DNA of 63,817 nucleotides, filler included, from Octopus bimaculoides (GCF_001194135.2; 5 parts of 4 records of this genome joined end to end with filler, not necessarily neighbours in it), one strand, 5' to 3'. Counted from the first letter of the whole stretch, positions 13,271 to 26,420 are shown. The notes: generated by a model not told the origin, from the letters alone. Numbers and translations: made by a program.

Positions 13271-15257
13271 AAAATAAATGTATTTAACAGGGAAAGAAAC
13301 AAAAGGAAAAACTAATAAAAAATGATAAAAGATATATTGTTTTCCTGTCCGCCAGAGTTTTATTACATAAAACAGAAAGTTAACTGTAATTAAAATAAAT
13401 GTTATCTTTGTTTTACTTTCATGTAAAAAAAAAGAAAATAATATCATATACAGAAATATAGAAAAGGAAATATTATGTCTAAAACATCATTTTCGTACGA
13501 AAACAATATTATTTATTTTGTCATTCTTTTCCTTTCCTTTTTCTTTATATATATATATCATTTGTGTTTAATGTTTGTTGTTTTTGTTGTTTCGATAGCG
13601 TTTTGTTAAACCATTGTTTTAGCGTTTGTATATCTTGCCTCATGTTGTTTGGTTATAGTTTGCGGTTTTATTTCTTTGTTGTTTTTCTTTTTGTTTATTA
13701 GGATACTTAGTTGTATATTTCTTTTCGTTAGGTTAACCTCCTTCATTGACAAAGTGAAGCTGGAATCACCAGGAGATGACCACAATTTCAATGAGCTGAA
13801 TTCTCTACATACAGCATTATGCGTTTCTTATCTTCCCCAGTGGTGTTTTACTTCTATTCTTTTGCTTGTTCTAGTCATTGGACTGCCGCCATAGTGGGAT
13901 TTAGTCGATTTAAACGTTCCAAGTATTTATTTTATGTTTCATAGTTCTCCCAACGGAAATTTTTTGTCAAGTAGCTATGTTTTAGAGGCATAAAAAAAAC
14001 CCTGCACCGGTTATTAAGCGCCTTTTGTAACGCTACTAAATCCTCACTCCATAAAACGGAAGATATAATTATGGGAAACAATTGATGCAATTTTTTTACC
14101 ACATTTTATGCTATCTGTTTGAAAATTAAGGGTCTTCAAATGAATATTGAAACAATTTTTTTCTCTTAAATTCCGTGATTAATTACCTCTGGCTATGCTG
14201 CTTTCATCGCATTTGCATGAGACGGTTTCAGTCATATACAAATTACATTTAACTTCTATTGCATACAGAGCCTATATAGGTAGTCTGGGGATATAAAATT
14301 CGAATGAAACATTTCAGAATGTGAGTATCCATGAGAAAGCGAAGTGGGGAAATTTTTCACTGCCATGATAGATAGGAAGCCATTACGATGTAAATATCCC
14401 ATGCCGATATTACTGACCACTTACATATCTCAACTATATGTATTCAAACAATGCAGAACAAAGCGTTAAGCATAATCCAGGTATCTCCGACTGATAGAAT
14501 TCACAATTTATTCACATCTGTATGGACAAGCCTGTTTGAGGTGGGTGGATGGCTGCAGAAGACTGATAATTGTCTATCCAAGAAAGTCTTGCATCGCTTC
14601 ATCACTGATATTGCTTAAAAAGAATTGACGCCGAATTATGTCAGTACAAGTGTTTTTGCAGGCGTTGCTATGAGAAAAATTGCACTTGAACAAATTTCGT
14701 TGAAAGGCCTGTTCAACGCGCTGACAATTCCACCAATCCACTGCCTTTCGTTTGTACTTCATATATATGAAAAGATATTTGGAAAACTCTAAATTAGGCT
14801 CTTCTCCGTTGGAATCATTCGTACAATATTATGTTTCTCTAAACCATGTTGACTTCTGTCAATAGCACAAAGTGGTGTAGAAGAAGCTACAAACGGTTTC
14901 TGTATCACGCCTCCTACACGTTTCATCTCTTCAAATATTCAGGAACCGCATAGAAGACTTTGTGAGATTTTAATTTCCATTAATAGTGTACAAGATGCTG
15001 ATTTACCATATTTTGTGACCCTTAATGTGCATTTTATTCTGAAATAATGTCCCAGAATGTTAGTGCTTTATAAATCAATGATTAGGATTTAGTCTAATAA
15101 TATGTGGACGGATTTGTGCTGCGACATCGTGGAAAACGAATTACAAAAATCACCCACACGATACGTCTTCCTATACATAAGGATTTTCTAACGTAAGTAC
15201 GTTTACTTGATATAAAGTAACATCAAGCAGGAGGAAAATTGACAACACTCCATCATA

Positions 15258-15570
15258 CATTACGTGGCACTCCGTCGGTTACGACGATGAGGGTTCCAGT
15301 TGATCCGATTAACGAAACAGCCTGCTCGTGAAATCAACGTTCAAATGGTTGGACACTCCAGAGACATGTGTACTTTTAACGTAGTTCTGGGGGAGATTCA
15401 GCGTAACACAGAGTATGACAATGGTGACCCTTTGAAATACAGGTACAACAGAAACAGGAAGAAAGAGTGAGAGAAAGTTGTGAAATAGTAAAGTAGGGTT
15501 CACCACCACACCCTGCCGGAACCTCGTGGAGCTTTAGGAGTTTTCGCCCAATAAACATTCACAACGCCTA
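15258..15570 (-). mobile_element. 5'-truncated SINE (third family; body and tail only)
   Basis: GC-richer block whose minus strand ends ...GGAACCCTCATCGTCGTAACCGACGGAGTGCCAC. I recall this as a cephalopod SINE tail; not database-checked. Confidence 0.55.
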
Positions 15571-16591
15571 TTTAGAAGCTTAGAAGATGCAACACAGGAG
15601 CAGTGATAATAGAGCTACGTTCACTGTATAGGTATACCGGAAAATTATGTAGAGTATAGTAGTTCATAGCTTTTTTAAAATCAATTATTGAATAAGTTCA
15701 GCTACTAGTTAAGTCTCTGGAGTTTATAGGAGGAAGTAACTCAATAAATTTCAGAATCAGGCAATAGATTGAATTCAGCTAAAGACGATCGGATAGCAAA
15801 AATCACACAGAAGCAATGCAAAAAATATTTAAACCTATTTTTGGCCCTGTAGTGTCAGTAGCAGAAAAGACTAAGAGAGACAAATTGCATTTGTCTATAC
15901 AGGAATCGATTCAGTAAGTATCTTATTTTCCTTATTGTTGTTTATAAAGGAGTGTAATAATGTTTCCTATTTTTTTTTATTTACTCTAACTCTCTAAGAC
16001 TTCAAGGAGCAGAGATGAGTCATCAAAGATGTAAAGAACGACTCCCACTTCCTGCAAATCCTTTCCTGCTATAAATGCCACTAGAACTTCTATACCGCCA
16101 TATATCTGAAGAAGCCCCTCAAGCACATGCGCCCTTCGCACCTATCAGGATGAAGAGGCTCAATCTCGTGCTACATATTAACTATTTGGATACAAATTTA
16201 TGTCGATGACTACGATGATATACAAACGTGTTAGCAGTGCATATGTCTAGATTCAGAAGATTAAAAGAACGGATGTTTGCGCCTCCGCGCTCACCGCAAT
16301 ATGGGTCATTTCATCTCAATGATACTTCTCATTAACAATGACTAATAAATATATATAAGTAGCTTTTCAAAACGTGTCCTTTGAGAAAAATATATTTTTA
16401 GATACAGAAATAATTAATTCTCAAACGCAGAATAATGCTAACAAAATAAGCAGGAACAGGATAAAATATTTATATTTTTGCAGGAAAATTTGCAAGAAAA
16501 AAAATGCAAACTTTGTTTACGTTTATCAATTCATTTTGCAAAATTCCTGATGTGAAATCGTGTGTTGAAACAGATATTGTTCTATTTCGAG

Positions 16592-17042
16592 ACTATTTTT
16601 GCCAAAATAACACACGCATTATATATATATATATATATATATNNNNNNNNNNNNNNNNNNNNNNNNNNNNNNNNNNNNNNNNNNNNNNNNNNNNNNNNNN
16701 NTATATATTTATTTTCCTTCAGTCAATTATTACTGTTATTTTATTATTTTAACGGCTGTCCATTGTCCGGAAATCTTTGTCACACATTTGCAACCTCTTC
16801 AGCGACGCTTTTCGTTTCCGTGTGTGATCTTGCTCCACTTACTCCATTCTGTTCACACATCTTAGAAAAACAGAATGGAGTAAGTGGAGCAACAACACAC
16901 ACGGAAACGAAAAGTGTCACTGAAGTGGTCACAGAGGTGTGACGAAAGATTTCCGGACAATGGACATGCGTTAGAATAATAAAATAACTGCAACAAGCAA
17001 TGGACAAAAAAATAGTGCGTGTGTTTATTTGACAAAATAAAT
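16592..17042. mobile_element. Foldback/MITE-like long inverted repeat
   Basis: Perfect 24-bp core 16830-16853 versus 16869-16892 with a 15-nt loop. Imperfect arms extend to ~16751/16972 and, across a TA/N gap, to ~16592/17042. Confidence 0.85.
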
Positions 17043-18370
17043 AAATAAACAAAATGACCATCCCGAAATACAACAATATTTGTTTAGTTTCATCGTAATT
17101 TGAATTTATATTTTGTTATATATACTAGCATTTCAAACTCACTATTTGTCACGTGACATATTTGAAAATTAATGATTGGCAACAACGATATGTTGAGTAT
17201 CGTTTTTTTTTTCAACAAATGAAATCAGTTCACATCCCATGTTCGACGCGTTCCTCGTGCTGGTCCACGTACAACGGTGTGCTATAGAATCCCGAACCAC
17301 ACATTGAGAATGAACTATTAATATTAGTACAACAAAGGCGGCGCTCTAACAGAATAGTTTGCATTCCAAGTAAAATGCTTCATGCTCTGAACTCAAATTC
17401 CGCTGATATCGACTTAAACTTTGATTCGATATGGTCGACGTTAGACATCAACTCACTTTGTGCCAAAATTTAATACTAATGTTGGTACGACATCTAAAAT
17501 TAGATATACATTTAACAAGCTCAGTTCTATAAAAGATTAGACTTCCGTGCAGAAGGGGTCTCAGCAGGTATCACCAAGCTTTTGACAAAATTCGAAGGAG
17601 ATTCTCTGCTCAACTTTCTATGTCATGGTCAATGAGACGATCACACTTTATACACCTTCATTCCAAGCACTGCTGTAAACAGCGGAAGTGAGCTAGGGCG
17701 CTAACACTTAGTGCACATGCACAGCAAAATTTAAGGTAGATCTGTGCCAAGCGGCTTTACTCTGTGTTGTTTAGCTTCTAGTCAAACCACGTATATCTTC
17801 TTCAATATTGCATATATTTGCTGCTATACATATTTGTCATTGTCAGTATACATATTAGCTAATATATATAACACACATGTACACCAACCTACCTACGTAT
17901 ATATGTATATATATATAATGCATGTATGTATGTATATATATGTGTATGCATGTATGTATGTATCTATCTTACTATGTGTGTATGCTTATATGCATTATAC
18001 ATTGGCCGAGATATGAAGTGAATGGTGTCCTATAACAATACTCATACTTTTCAAATATGATGTCAAATTGGATTTCAATTGGATTTATAGGACATATAGG
18101 CATTCACTAATGAAAAGGGGATTACCAACCATTTTCCTCACAATATTGCAGAATCAGTAGTTATTGAGGTGTTCACAAGGTATATAGTAATACTGCGAAG
18201 AGAAATGAGGGCACCAGTTATACTAGTGAGAGCTATCTATCTGTGTATCTGTGTATCTGTGTATCTGTCTGTCTGTTTGTCTGTCTACATATGCTATACA
18301 TACACACACACACGCGCGCACATATACCTACATACACATACATACGTATGCACACAAGATATATATTATA

Positions 18371-18743
18371 GGCGCAGGCATGGCGGTGCGGTAAAAAGTC
18401 TGTTTCCAGTGACATTGTTCCGAGTACAGTCTGACTGTATGGACTCATCGCGGAAGTGTCTTCTATTATAGCCTCGAGCGAGCCGATGAAAGCCTTGTGA
18501 GTTGATTTGGTAGACGGAAACTGAAAAAAAGCCTGTCGTATCTTTTTTTTTATTCCCACACCCCTGTTTGATAACTGATGTTGATGTGCTTACCCCACGT
18601 AACTTAGCAGTTCGGCAAAAGAAATAGAATAAATACTAGGCGTAAAAAGAATGTCCTGGTGTCGATTTGTTCGACGTAAACGATTCAAGATGGTACCGTA
18701 GCTCGGTCGTAGTCAAAGGAATAAAAGAAGTAAAAAGTAAAAA
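18371..18743 (+). mobile_element. SINE family B copy (diverged)
   Basis: Colinear with 11684-12093 throughout. Confidence 0.85.
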
Positions 18744-18781
18744 CTAAACACAGATATTCATAATGAGATAAAGAGTTTCCA

Positions 18782-18848
<67 letters not shown>

Positions 18849-18904
18849 NNNNNNNNNNNNNNNNNNNNNNNNNNNNNNNNNNNNNNNNNNNNNNNNNNNN
18901 NNNN

Positions 18905-18963
<59 letters not shown>

Positions 18964-19020
18964 TATATGTATATATATGTATATATATGTATATAATTTG
19001 TGTGCATATATATATATACA

Positions 19021-19520
19021 CACATATATAATTTTTTTTCAGAATGAGAAAAAAAACCAAGGTTGTTAAGATTTTAGAACATTTATAAATAGGTGTTACA
19101 GCTGTTTCCAGGATATTTATTCTCATCGGAGACGGTGTGGGAAAATAGTTAAGCAATAGTTAATTTAGATAAGATACGAAATAGAGAGTGAAGTGGGGGA
19201 ATGAAAATAGATGTGTGATATACAGGGATATTGTATTTGTAGATACATTATTTAGGTAGAATGGTATACATATAAAGTTCCAGTACCTACTGGATTTTAC
19301 TGACAAGGTATTGGAATCTTATATGTATAACATTCTGCCTAAATAATGGATCTACAAATGCAGTACCCCTGCATATCTCACATCTATTTTCATTCCTCCA
19401 CATCACATATAATAAATATCCTCGAAACAGCTGTAAGACCTTCTATTTATAAATGTTGTAAAATCTTCACAGCCTTGTTTTTTTTTTTATCTCATTCTGA
19501 AAAAATTATATATATACACA
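19021..19520. mobile_element. Foldback inverted duplication
   Basis: 19021-19288 is the reverse complement of 19306-19520, with a 17-nt loop. The left arm carries ~60 extra nt. Confidence 0.8.
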
Positions 19521-19809
19521 CACGCTGATATATGACCTCCGCTGGACATCTTATTCGCATAATCACCAAACTGGAGCTTAACTACGGTCTATCTATAGTA
19601 CTTACTCAGCATTACCTGACACCTTTGCGTCTTGCTGACATCGTTACCTCTCATAACCCCTCTCTCACTCTCTCTCTCACTTTCTGTCTATATATATATA
19701 TATATATATNNNNNNNNNNNNNNNNNNNNNNNNNNNNNNNNNNNNNNNNNNNNTTAATTAATTAANNNNNNNNNNNNNNNNNNNNNNNNNNNNNNNNNNN
19801 NNNNNNNNN

Positions 19810-20740
19810 ATTCCCAACAATTCAACTTCTCTGGTTGACATTAACACCCTCACCCCCAATAGGGGCCTTAACTCCCACATTTTTCAGTTCCATGAGCTCC
19901 ATTTTTCAGGAGCAAAATCCTTTTTACAGGGTTCATAACACTGGAATTTTGGAATGTGCACATAAATATCAGATATATAAAGATGAGAATGTCTGTCTGT
20001 GTGAATCCCTAAAACTCGAGAACTACACAACCAATTTCATTCCAAATTAACACATGCCTTACTTAGGGTCCATGTAATGTCTTAGGCCAAACAATTTTTT
20101 AACTTCTTGCATAGTTCGAGCCCATAGCAATATCATATCTCCTCCACTATTTCAGTAGTACGTGTCAAAACTGAAACAATAACATCACTCTACTATAATG
20201 TCAGATACTTTCAATTTAACACTGAAACTATTCCACTATTTCAGTACTACATGTCAAAAGTGAAACAATAACAAGTCACTACTGTAATTTCAAATACTTT
20301 CACTTTAATACTTTCACTTTGATACTTTCAATTTCATACTGAAACTATTAAAGTGAAACTATACTCTCACATATATACGGGCATACTATAAGACCCAAGT
20401 TAAAAACATTTCCAACAATTCAACTTCTCTGGTTGACATTAACACACCCACTCCCAATAGGGGCCTTCATTCCCACATTTTAGAACTCCATAAGCTCTGT
20501 TTTTCAGGGGCAAAATCCTTTTTACAGGTTCCAGAAGACTGAAATTTGGGAATATGCACATAAAGATAGTATGGGATACATGTCTCATGATTAAAATTTT
20601 TTTAGGGTGTGTAAAGAGGGAAAGAACCCTCATGTGCAATTTTGATGAAATTCGAATCATATGTATTCCAGTTTTTTTACACAAAATATAAGAGAAAAGT
20701 CTTATCCTTCATTTGCATGTAACACGGGTATCTCTGCTAA
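19810..20740 (+). mobile_element. Non-autonomous Helitron-like element(s) with internal tandem repeats
   Basis: 20390-20740 is the reverse complement of 30912-31285, and 19810-19900 repeats 20409-20490. There are ~88-bp and 12-bp tandem units at 20140-20360. The 3' end GGGTATCTCTGCTAA matches the CTAG end at 30912. Confidence 0.6.
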
Positions 20741-20995
20741 TATATATATATACTTTTATACATATATANNNNNNNNNNNNNNNNNNNNNNNNNNNNNNNN
20801 NNNNNNNNNNNNNNNNNNNNNNNNNNNNNNNNNNNNNNNNNNNNNNNNNNNNNNNNNNNNNNNNNNNNNNNNNNNATCGATGTTAATTCTTATCTTGAAG
20901 GGTTCATTTAAATTATATGTGTATATATATATATATAGAGAGAGAGAAATATATATATATATACATACACGCACACACAAATGAATCCATATATA

Positions 20996-23864
20996 TGTAA
21001 CTGGGTGGTAGATGAAGATGACTCTACGAAAGAAAGACAGTGGCCAAAGTTGTATGACATTTATTTCTCCATTACATATAATTAAAGCTAAACCACGACA
21101 GACAGGCATGTATAAAAACAGTGGGAAAGCATACTAGGTAACGAGAGTTATATTTTCTTGTAAAAGGGTAGATAGCTACGGACTTACTTATTGCCTGTAG
21201 TTCTAGCAGCCATAACTAAATAGATCAAGTGATGTTGTCAAAAGTGAGTGAGTGAGAAAGTAAGAGAGTGATGGACAGGACAACTGTATCATTGGTGAAT
21301 TTCCATAGCTGTCTCTATCACATTCTGTTGAGATGGTATTTTGAACCAGTCGGCCTGCTCTCTGTTGGTTTCTCTCTCTCACTTCTGCTTGCGGAGTGCA
21401 GGTATTTATAATGGCCTATACACATTTAGGTCATTTGCTGTTCATTTGAACTTTTCCTGACACAGCAAGGTCATGAGTCAAGTGGAAACACATCAATCAA
21501 TGTTCCTTTTGAGAGGACAAAGAGATTTTCCCTGCTTGGTCAGCAAATAGCAGGTGAATTTGGAGGGTGAGTATTCTTAGATTTGATTTTGAACCTCAGC
21601 CAGGGAGGACCAAGCAAGGTTTACTCCCCTGCTAGAGAGCTTCTAAAAACAGAAATGAATGACCTGGGGAAAAGAATGCATGCATACAAAAATGCATTTT
21701 AAGACAAGGTGAAAATAACATTCAATTGTGAAAGGTATTTTGTTGTTGAATGTGATGCAAGGCTGAGAAAAACTGTGTCTATCAGGAAAGAGAATCCCAG
21801 GAATGTTTACGGTACAGGTATCTATTTAAGTGAGTGTGAATAGTGGTGTCACTTTGCATGCACAACTGAGGCAGCATGAATGAGCATAATACAAGGGCAT
21901 ATACATGAGTGTGAGAGGAAGTCCTACAGCTGTGGAATAAACTGAGGTGAGTGTGTACATTCTCAATCCATGATATCAACAAAAGTTTTATTGCAGGATT
22001 GCATTCAGTGTGAAATGACTTTAAAGTAGTGCAGAGGTGAAATGTGTCTGGTGCTGTTGTCATGAGCATTTGTCAAGATTAGCAAGAATGACGACAGCGT
22101 GGCATACTGGCACATTGTGAGAGACAGGTAATTTTCTTTATTAACTTCATGAGCAGCCTGGGGTCGAACAAAAGGAAGGTGTGTCTGACAAGGGTGCAGT
22201 GGAAAGCATGAGTTGACATCTGATGTGCATTGAGTTGGGAAAAGGAGCTGAGCAAGTAAAAACATGAGAAAACGACTATAAAGGCACTATATTGTGGTGC
22301 ATGTGCATAAGTGGGTGCAGGCATGTAGGTTTGTGTGTGAACATTGAAATAAAATATCTTTTTGTTTTACGAACAAAATACAAGAGCAGTGCATAAATTG
22401 GTCAGTGGGTAAAGTAAGAAATTGCAGACATTCAAGAGGAGGACATGTAGCAGAAACCATGCAATGAGAACAAGTGAAGAATACATGTGCAAAAAATGTG
22501 CAATGCCAGTGGCCAATGCAAAAAAAAAAAAAAATGAGAATATATGACATTCAAAAACATTTGCATATAAACTCAGTTGTTTTCGTGGTATGAGTCATCG
22601 CGGAAATAAAATTGTTGTGTAAACAAATGGTGTGCATTGCAAACAAAAGAGAATGAAATAATCAAAAGTTACAAACTTGGCTAGAAAGTGTCCTGTAAAG
22701 CTAAAAAGTAGCATTTGAAATACAAAAATATGTGCATGCAAAGAAAGTTCAAGATTATGTTTAAGTGTTTGTGTGGCTTGCAAGTTAAATGCAGGACAGT
22801 GTTCAAAAAATCTGTAGCTTGAGAATGTTGCACATGCGGTCTTCCATATTTTCATCTTGATAGTTTTTGGTAGGATGGCTGTTGAAATGTTGCATTTATC
22901 GATTGTAGATGTTTCTTTCATGGCTCTGTGCAATGTAGTAGAGTGCATTCTCTGGCAGGTTGGTGTCCATTGTGTCTGCGAGTTCTTTTCCTTCTTGTTG
23001 TGTGACAGTCGAAGTGAAAGCCATGTGTGTCATAACAGTTGTCTTCGATGTGATGGGCCTGATGTGAAGGTAGCAATTCTTTAGTTCTGGGTCACCAATA
23101 AATGTAACGGGTTAGGGGAATGTTGGGGTCATCAAAAATGTAATGGGGTGGTAGATGAAGATGACACTAGGAAAGAAAGACAGTGACCAAAGTTGTAGAT
23201 AACATATTTATTTCTCCATTAAATATAATTAAAGCTAAGCCACCACGGGCAGGCATGTATAAAAACAATAGGAAAGCATACTAGGTAACGTGAATTATAT
23301 TTTCTTGTAAAAGGGTAGATAGCAACGGACTTACTTATTGCCTGTAGTTCTAGCAGCCATAACTAAATAGATCAAGTGATGTTGTCAAAAGTGAGCGAGT
23401 GAGAAAGTAAGAGAGTGATGGACAGGACAACTGTATCGTTGGTGAATTTCCATCGATGTCTCTATGACATTCTGTTGAGATGGTATTTTGAACCAGTCGG
23501 CCTGCNNNNNNNNNNTGACATTCTGTTGAGATGGTATTTTGAACCAGTCGGCCTGCTCTCTGTTGGTTTCTCTCTCTCACTTCTGCTTGCGGAGTGCTGG
23601 TATTTATAATGGCCTATTCCAGCTAGAAAGATGGATATACCATTAAAAGAGTAGCCTATACACATTTAGGTCACTTGTTGTCCATTCGAACATTTCCTGA
23701 CACAGCAAGGTCGTAGGTCAAGTGGAAACACATCAATCAATGTTCCTTTTGAGAGGACAAAGAGATTTTCCCTGCTTGGTCAGCAAATAGCAGGTGAATT
23801 TGGAGAGCGAGTATTCTTAGATTTGATTTTGAATCTCAGCCAGGAATTGCCAAGTGAGGTCCTA
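20996..23864 (-). mobile_element. Small LTR retroelement (Gypsy-like termini) with no recognisable pol
   Basis: Direct repeats 20996-21624 and 23103/23138-23864 start with TGTAA on +. PBS-like TGGTGACCCAG at 23097-23087 lies 5 nt inside the LTR. PPT-like AGGGGAG is at 21630-21624. The internal region is ~1.5 kb of decayed frames. Confidence 0.7.
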
Positions 23865-24362
23865 TGCTTTGTATATTTTCTGGTGGCTGCAGTAACCTTG
23901 CAGAGTGGGCTGATTTTTTTTTATGTGGCACCAGTGCAGGCAAGGTCAGTTTTGACATGGTTTTTATTGCTGGATGCCAACCACTTTACAGTGTGGATTG
24001 GATGCTTTTTAAGTGGCACCAGCACTGGCAGGGTCACCAAGTAACTTTGCAGGTAAAGGAATCTTTGTGAGGGGAGGAGATATTGGAGGAGGTGATGATG
24101 GATGGTTAGAGTGTGACAGAGATAGAGAGGCAGAAAGAGGTGTCATCCTGTAGAGGAGGTAGATGGCTAACCGGCCAAATAGAGAGGAAGAGAGAGAGAG
24201 AAAGAGTTAAGAAAGAAGACAGAAACAGGTGTACTTCTGTAAAGGAGAAACATGGTTACCTTGGCAGAGGTAAGAGCAAGAGAAAAGAGAGAGAGGTGGG
24301 AGATGGCAAGAGAACAAGAGAGATCAGGAGAGAGATGGCGGCAAGACATATATATATACATA

Positions 24363-25004
24363 CAGGGTGCAATGGGTAAATTGTTACCACTTTATATTTT
24401 TTATTTCATGCATGTGCATTGTTTGTGTTTGATTTTGTTGACTACACAGTATAGTAGGGGCAGTTGGACACCATCTGTGAGAAAAACAGCACCATGATGC
24501 TAGAAATTTGGAAACGACATGCTGTACTGCTTGGCATTCGTGCCCAGAGCTCCAATACAAACAGATGGTGAATATACAGAACAACCGTTGGCTTGCCATG
24601 TCACCAAAATATGTACCAAGAGTGATAAAAATCAAACATCCAGTCAACATCATGGTGTTTGGAGTGATCACTAGTGATCGTGATGTTATGTCTCCATTCA
24701 TCTACCCACTCAGCCTTAGACTCAACATGGAGGGTTACATCAAGTGCCTGGAAGAGGTAGTGCTGCCTGAGTCAAAAGGGTGGTCGCTGGAAGACCCTCT
24801 GTCTGGCAACATGACTCTGCACCATACACACAAGCAGGAGATTTCTAAGTTGTCTGGAGGCCATGGTTGAAGCCAATGGCAATTTTATTGAATGAATTTC
24901 AAGATGTTTTTTTGTAATTTTGGTAAATATATCTGTTGAAATGAGATGTTAGTGTTATTTTCCTTTTTTGTGTAATTTAGATGACGATATATTCATGCAC
25001 CCTG
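24363..25004 (+). mobile_element. Internally deleted Tc1/mariner element, maT (DD37D)-like
   Basis: TA-CAGGGTGCA...TGCACCCTG-TA termini. Transposase fragments EIWKRHAVLLGIRA and NNRWLA...HPVNIMVFGVITSDRDVMSPF...YIKCLEEVVLP. Confidence 0.8.
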
Positions 25005-25020
25005 TACATATTTATAAATA

Positions 25021-25057
<37 letters not shown>

Positions 25058-26029
25058 TCTGTTTCCAATGAGACTCAACAAACATGACCAGTATGATTGA
25101 AAGTTTTTTCAACACCTTCACCTCTTCCCCATTTATGCTTTGGAATTTGCTACATTTTATGTTTTGGTAGCTTCTGGTGATAAGGCTAAGTTCTTGTGCT
25201 GCAATCATAACCCTTTACTCTCTGTTTAGGATTTCATTTAGAATATACTTAATCCATTTTTGCTCCACAGACTTTTGGGATTTTGCCAGTGTAAGGGATT
25301 TTATTGTCAATGTCTTCATTTTTTGTCCCATTTTTTATTTTTATTTTTCCGTATATTATTAATATTATACATTATTTATTCCTGGAGAAAAATGCTACAG
25401 AAATCAATAATTGATTTAGAAATCAATATTTCATGCTATACTTTCTCCATTTTCCTTCAAACTGCCTCTCACCTTAATGTCTGCTATGTTTTATCTCTTT
25501 GTCTCTTCAAAGGCAATAAACAATTTCTATTTTATTCGTATTTTCTTGTTATTTGTTCTAATTTCCTGTTTTTTATATTTTATATTTTTGTTGTCTCATA
25601 ATATATTTTTTTTTATTATAGAAGAGTCCTTGTATTTATGGTAAATAAAATGCTCCTACATAAATTTTTAGATTGTGTGTTCTAAATCTTATTATTTTCT
25701 TTCCCTTCTTTCCTTATCTTGATAATTTCCACAATTACCAATTATTATAACTATAATCTATTAGAGGAACAACTGTAATATTTAGCTTTTAGCTTCCAGT
25801 TTAGTTTTAAATATAAATTTCATGCCTCTTTAATATTCTCCCACATTGTTTCTTTTATTACATGCAAGCATTGCAGTGAGTTAAGAAGCTTGCTTCCCAA
25901 CCATGTGGTCTCCTGTTCAGTCCTACTACATGGCACCTTGGGCAAATGTCTTTCACTATAGCCTTTGGTTGACTAATGGCTTGTGAATGGATTTGGTGGA
26001 TGAAAACTGAAAGAAGCCCAATGTATATA

Positions 26030-26224
26030 GGAGTGGGTTCTGAAAAGTTTGGCTTCGAGTAAAAGAAACTACAGGAGGGTCAGTTAATTATGATTCAATT
26101 CAACATATTTCTCTCTCGGGTTCATGCACTTATTGCAGCAATCCATCAGTTTTTCTAAGCCCTGTAAAAGAACCCAGATGGTTGGAACTCCAGCCAGGCC
26201 TTTCACCTTTTCAGCACTCTCTCA
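26030..26224 (-). mobile_element. Mariner-derived MITE, copy 1
   Basis: Reverse complement of 28179-28395, inserted in the TA run of the SINE. Confidence 0.75.
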
Positions 26225-26333
26225 TATGTATACACACACACATACACGCACATACATGCACACACACACATGCACACACATATGCACACACATGCACATG
26301 CATGCACACACATGCACAAACACATACACACAT

Positions 26334-26365
<32 letters not shown>

Positions 26366-26420
26366 CCACATGCACACACATATGCACACACACATGCACA
26401 CACACAGACATAACTATCTA
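26225..26420 (+). repeat. Degenerate (CA)n/(CACATG)n microsatellite
   Basis: Direct reading. Source of His/Thr/Cys/Val-rich pseudo-ORFs. Confidence 0.9.

Noticed and set aside
17145-17160. TGTCACGTGACA palindrome (E-box/CLEAR-like)
   Set aside because: Isolated 12-mer with no promoter context.
19754-19765. TTAATTAATTAA islands inside N runs (also 34516, 50442, 61966)
   Set aside because: Identical 12-mer centred in 44+12+44 = 100-bp spacers that gives stops in all six frames. It is a scaffolding linker, not biology.
20140-20360. Repeat-spacer-like pattern as CRISPR
   Set aside because: Eukaryotic context, units are tandem without unique spacers, and there are no cas genes. It is a TE-internal minisatellite.
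23465-23555. 40-bp direct repeat around a 10-N gap
   Set aside because: Contig-overlap artefact. The other LTR copy has the sequence once.
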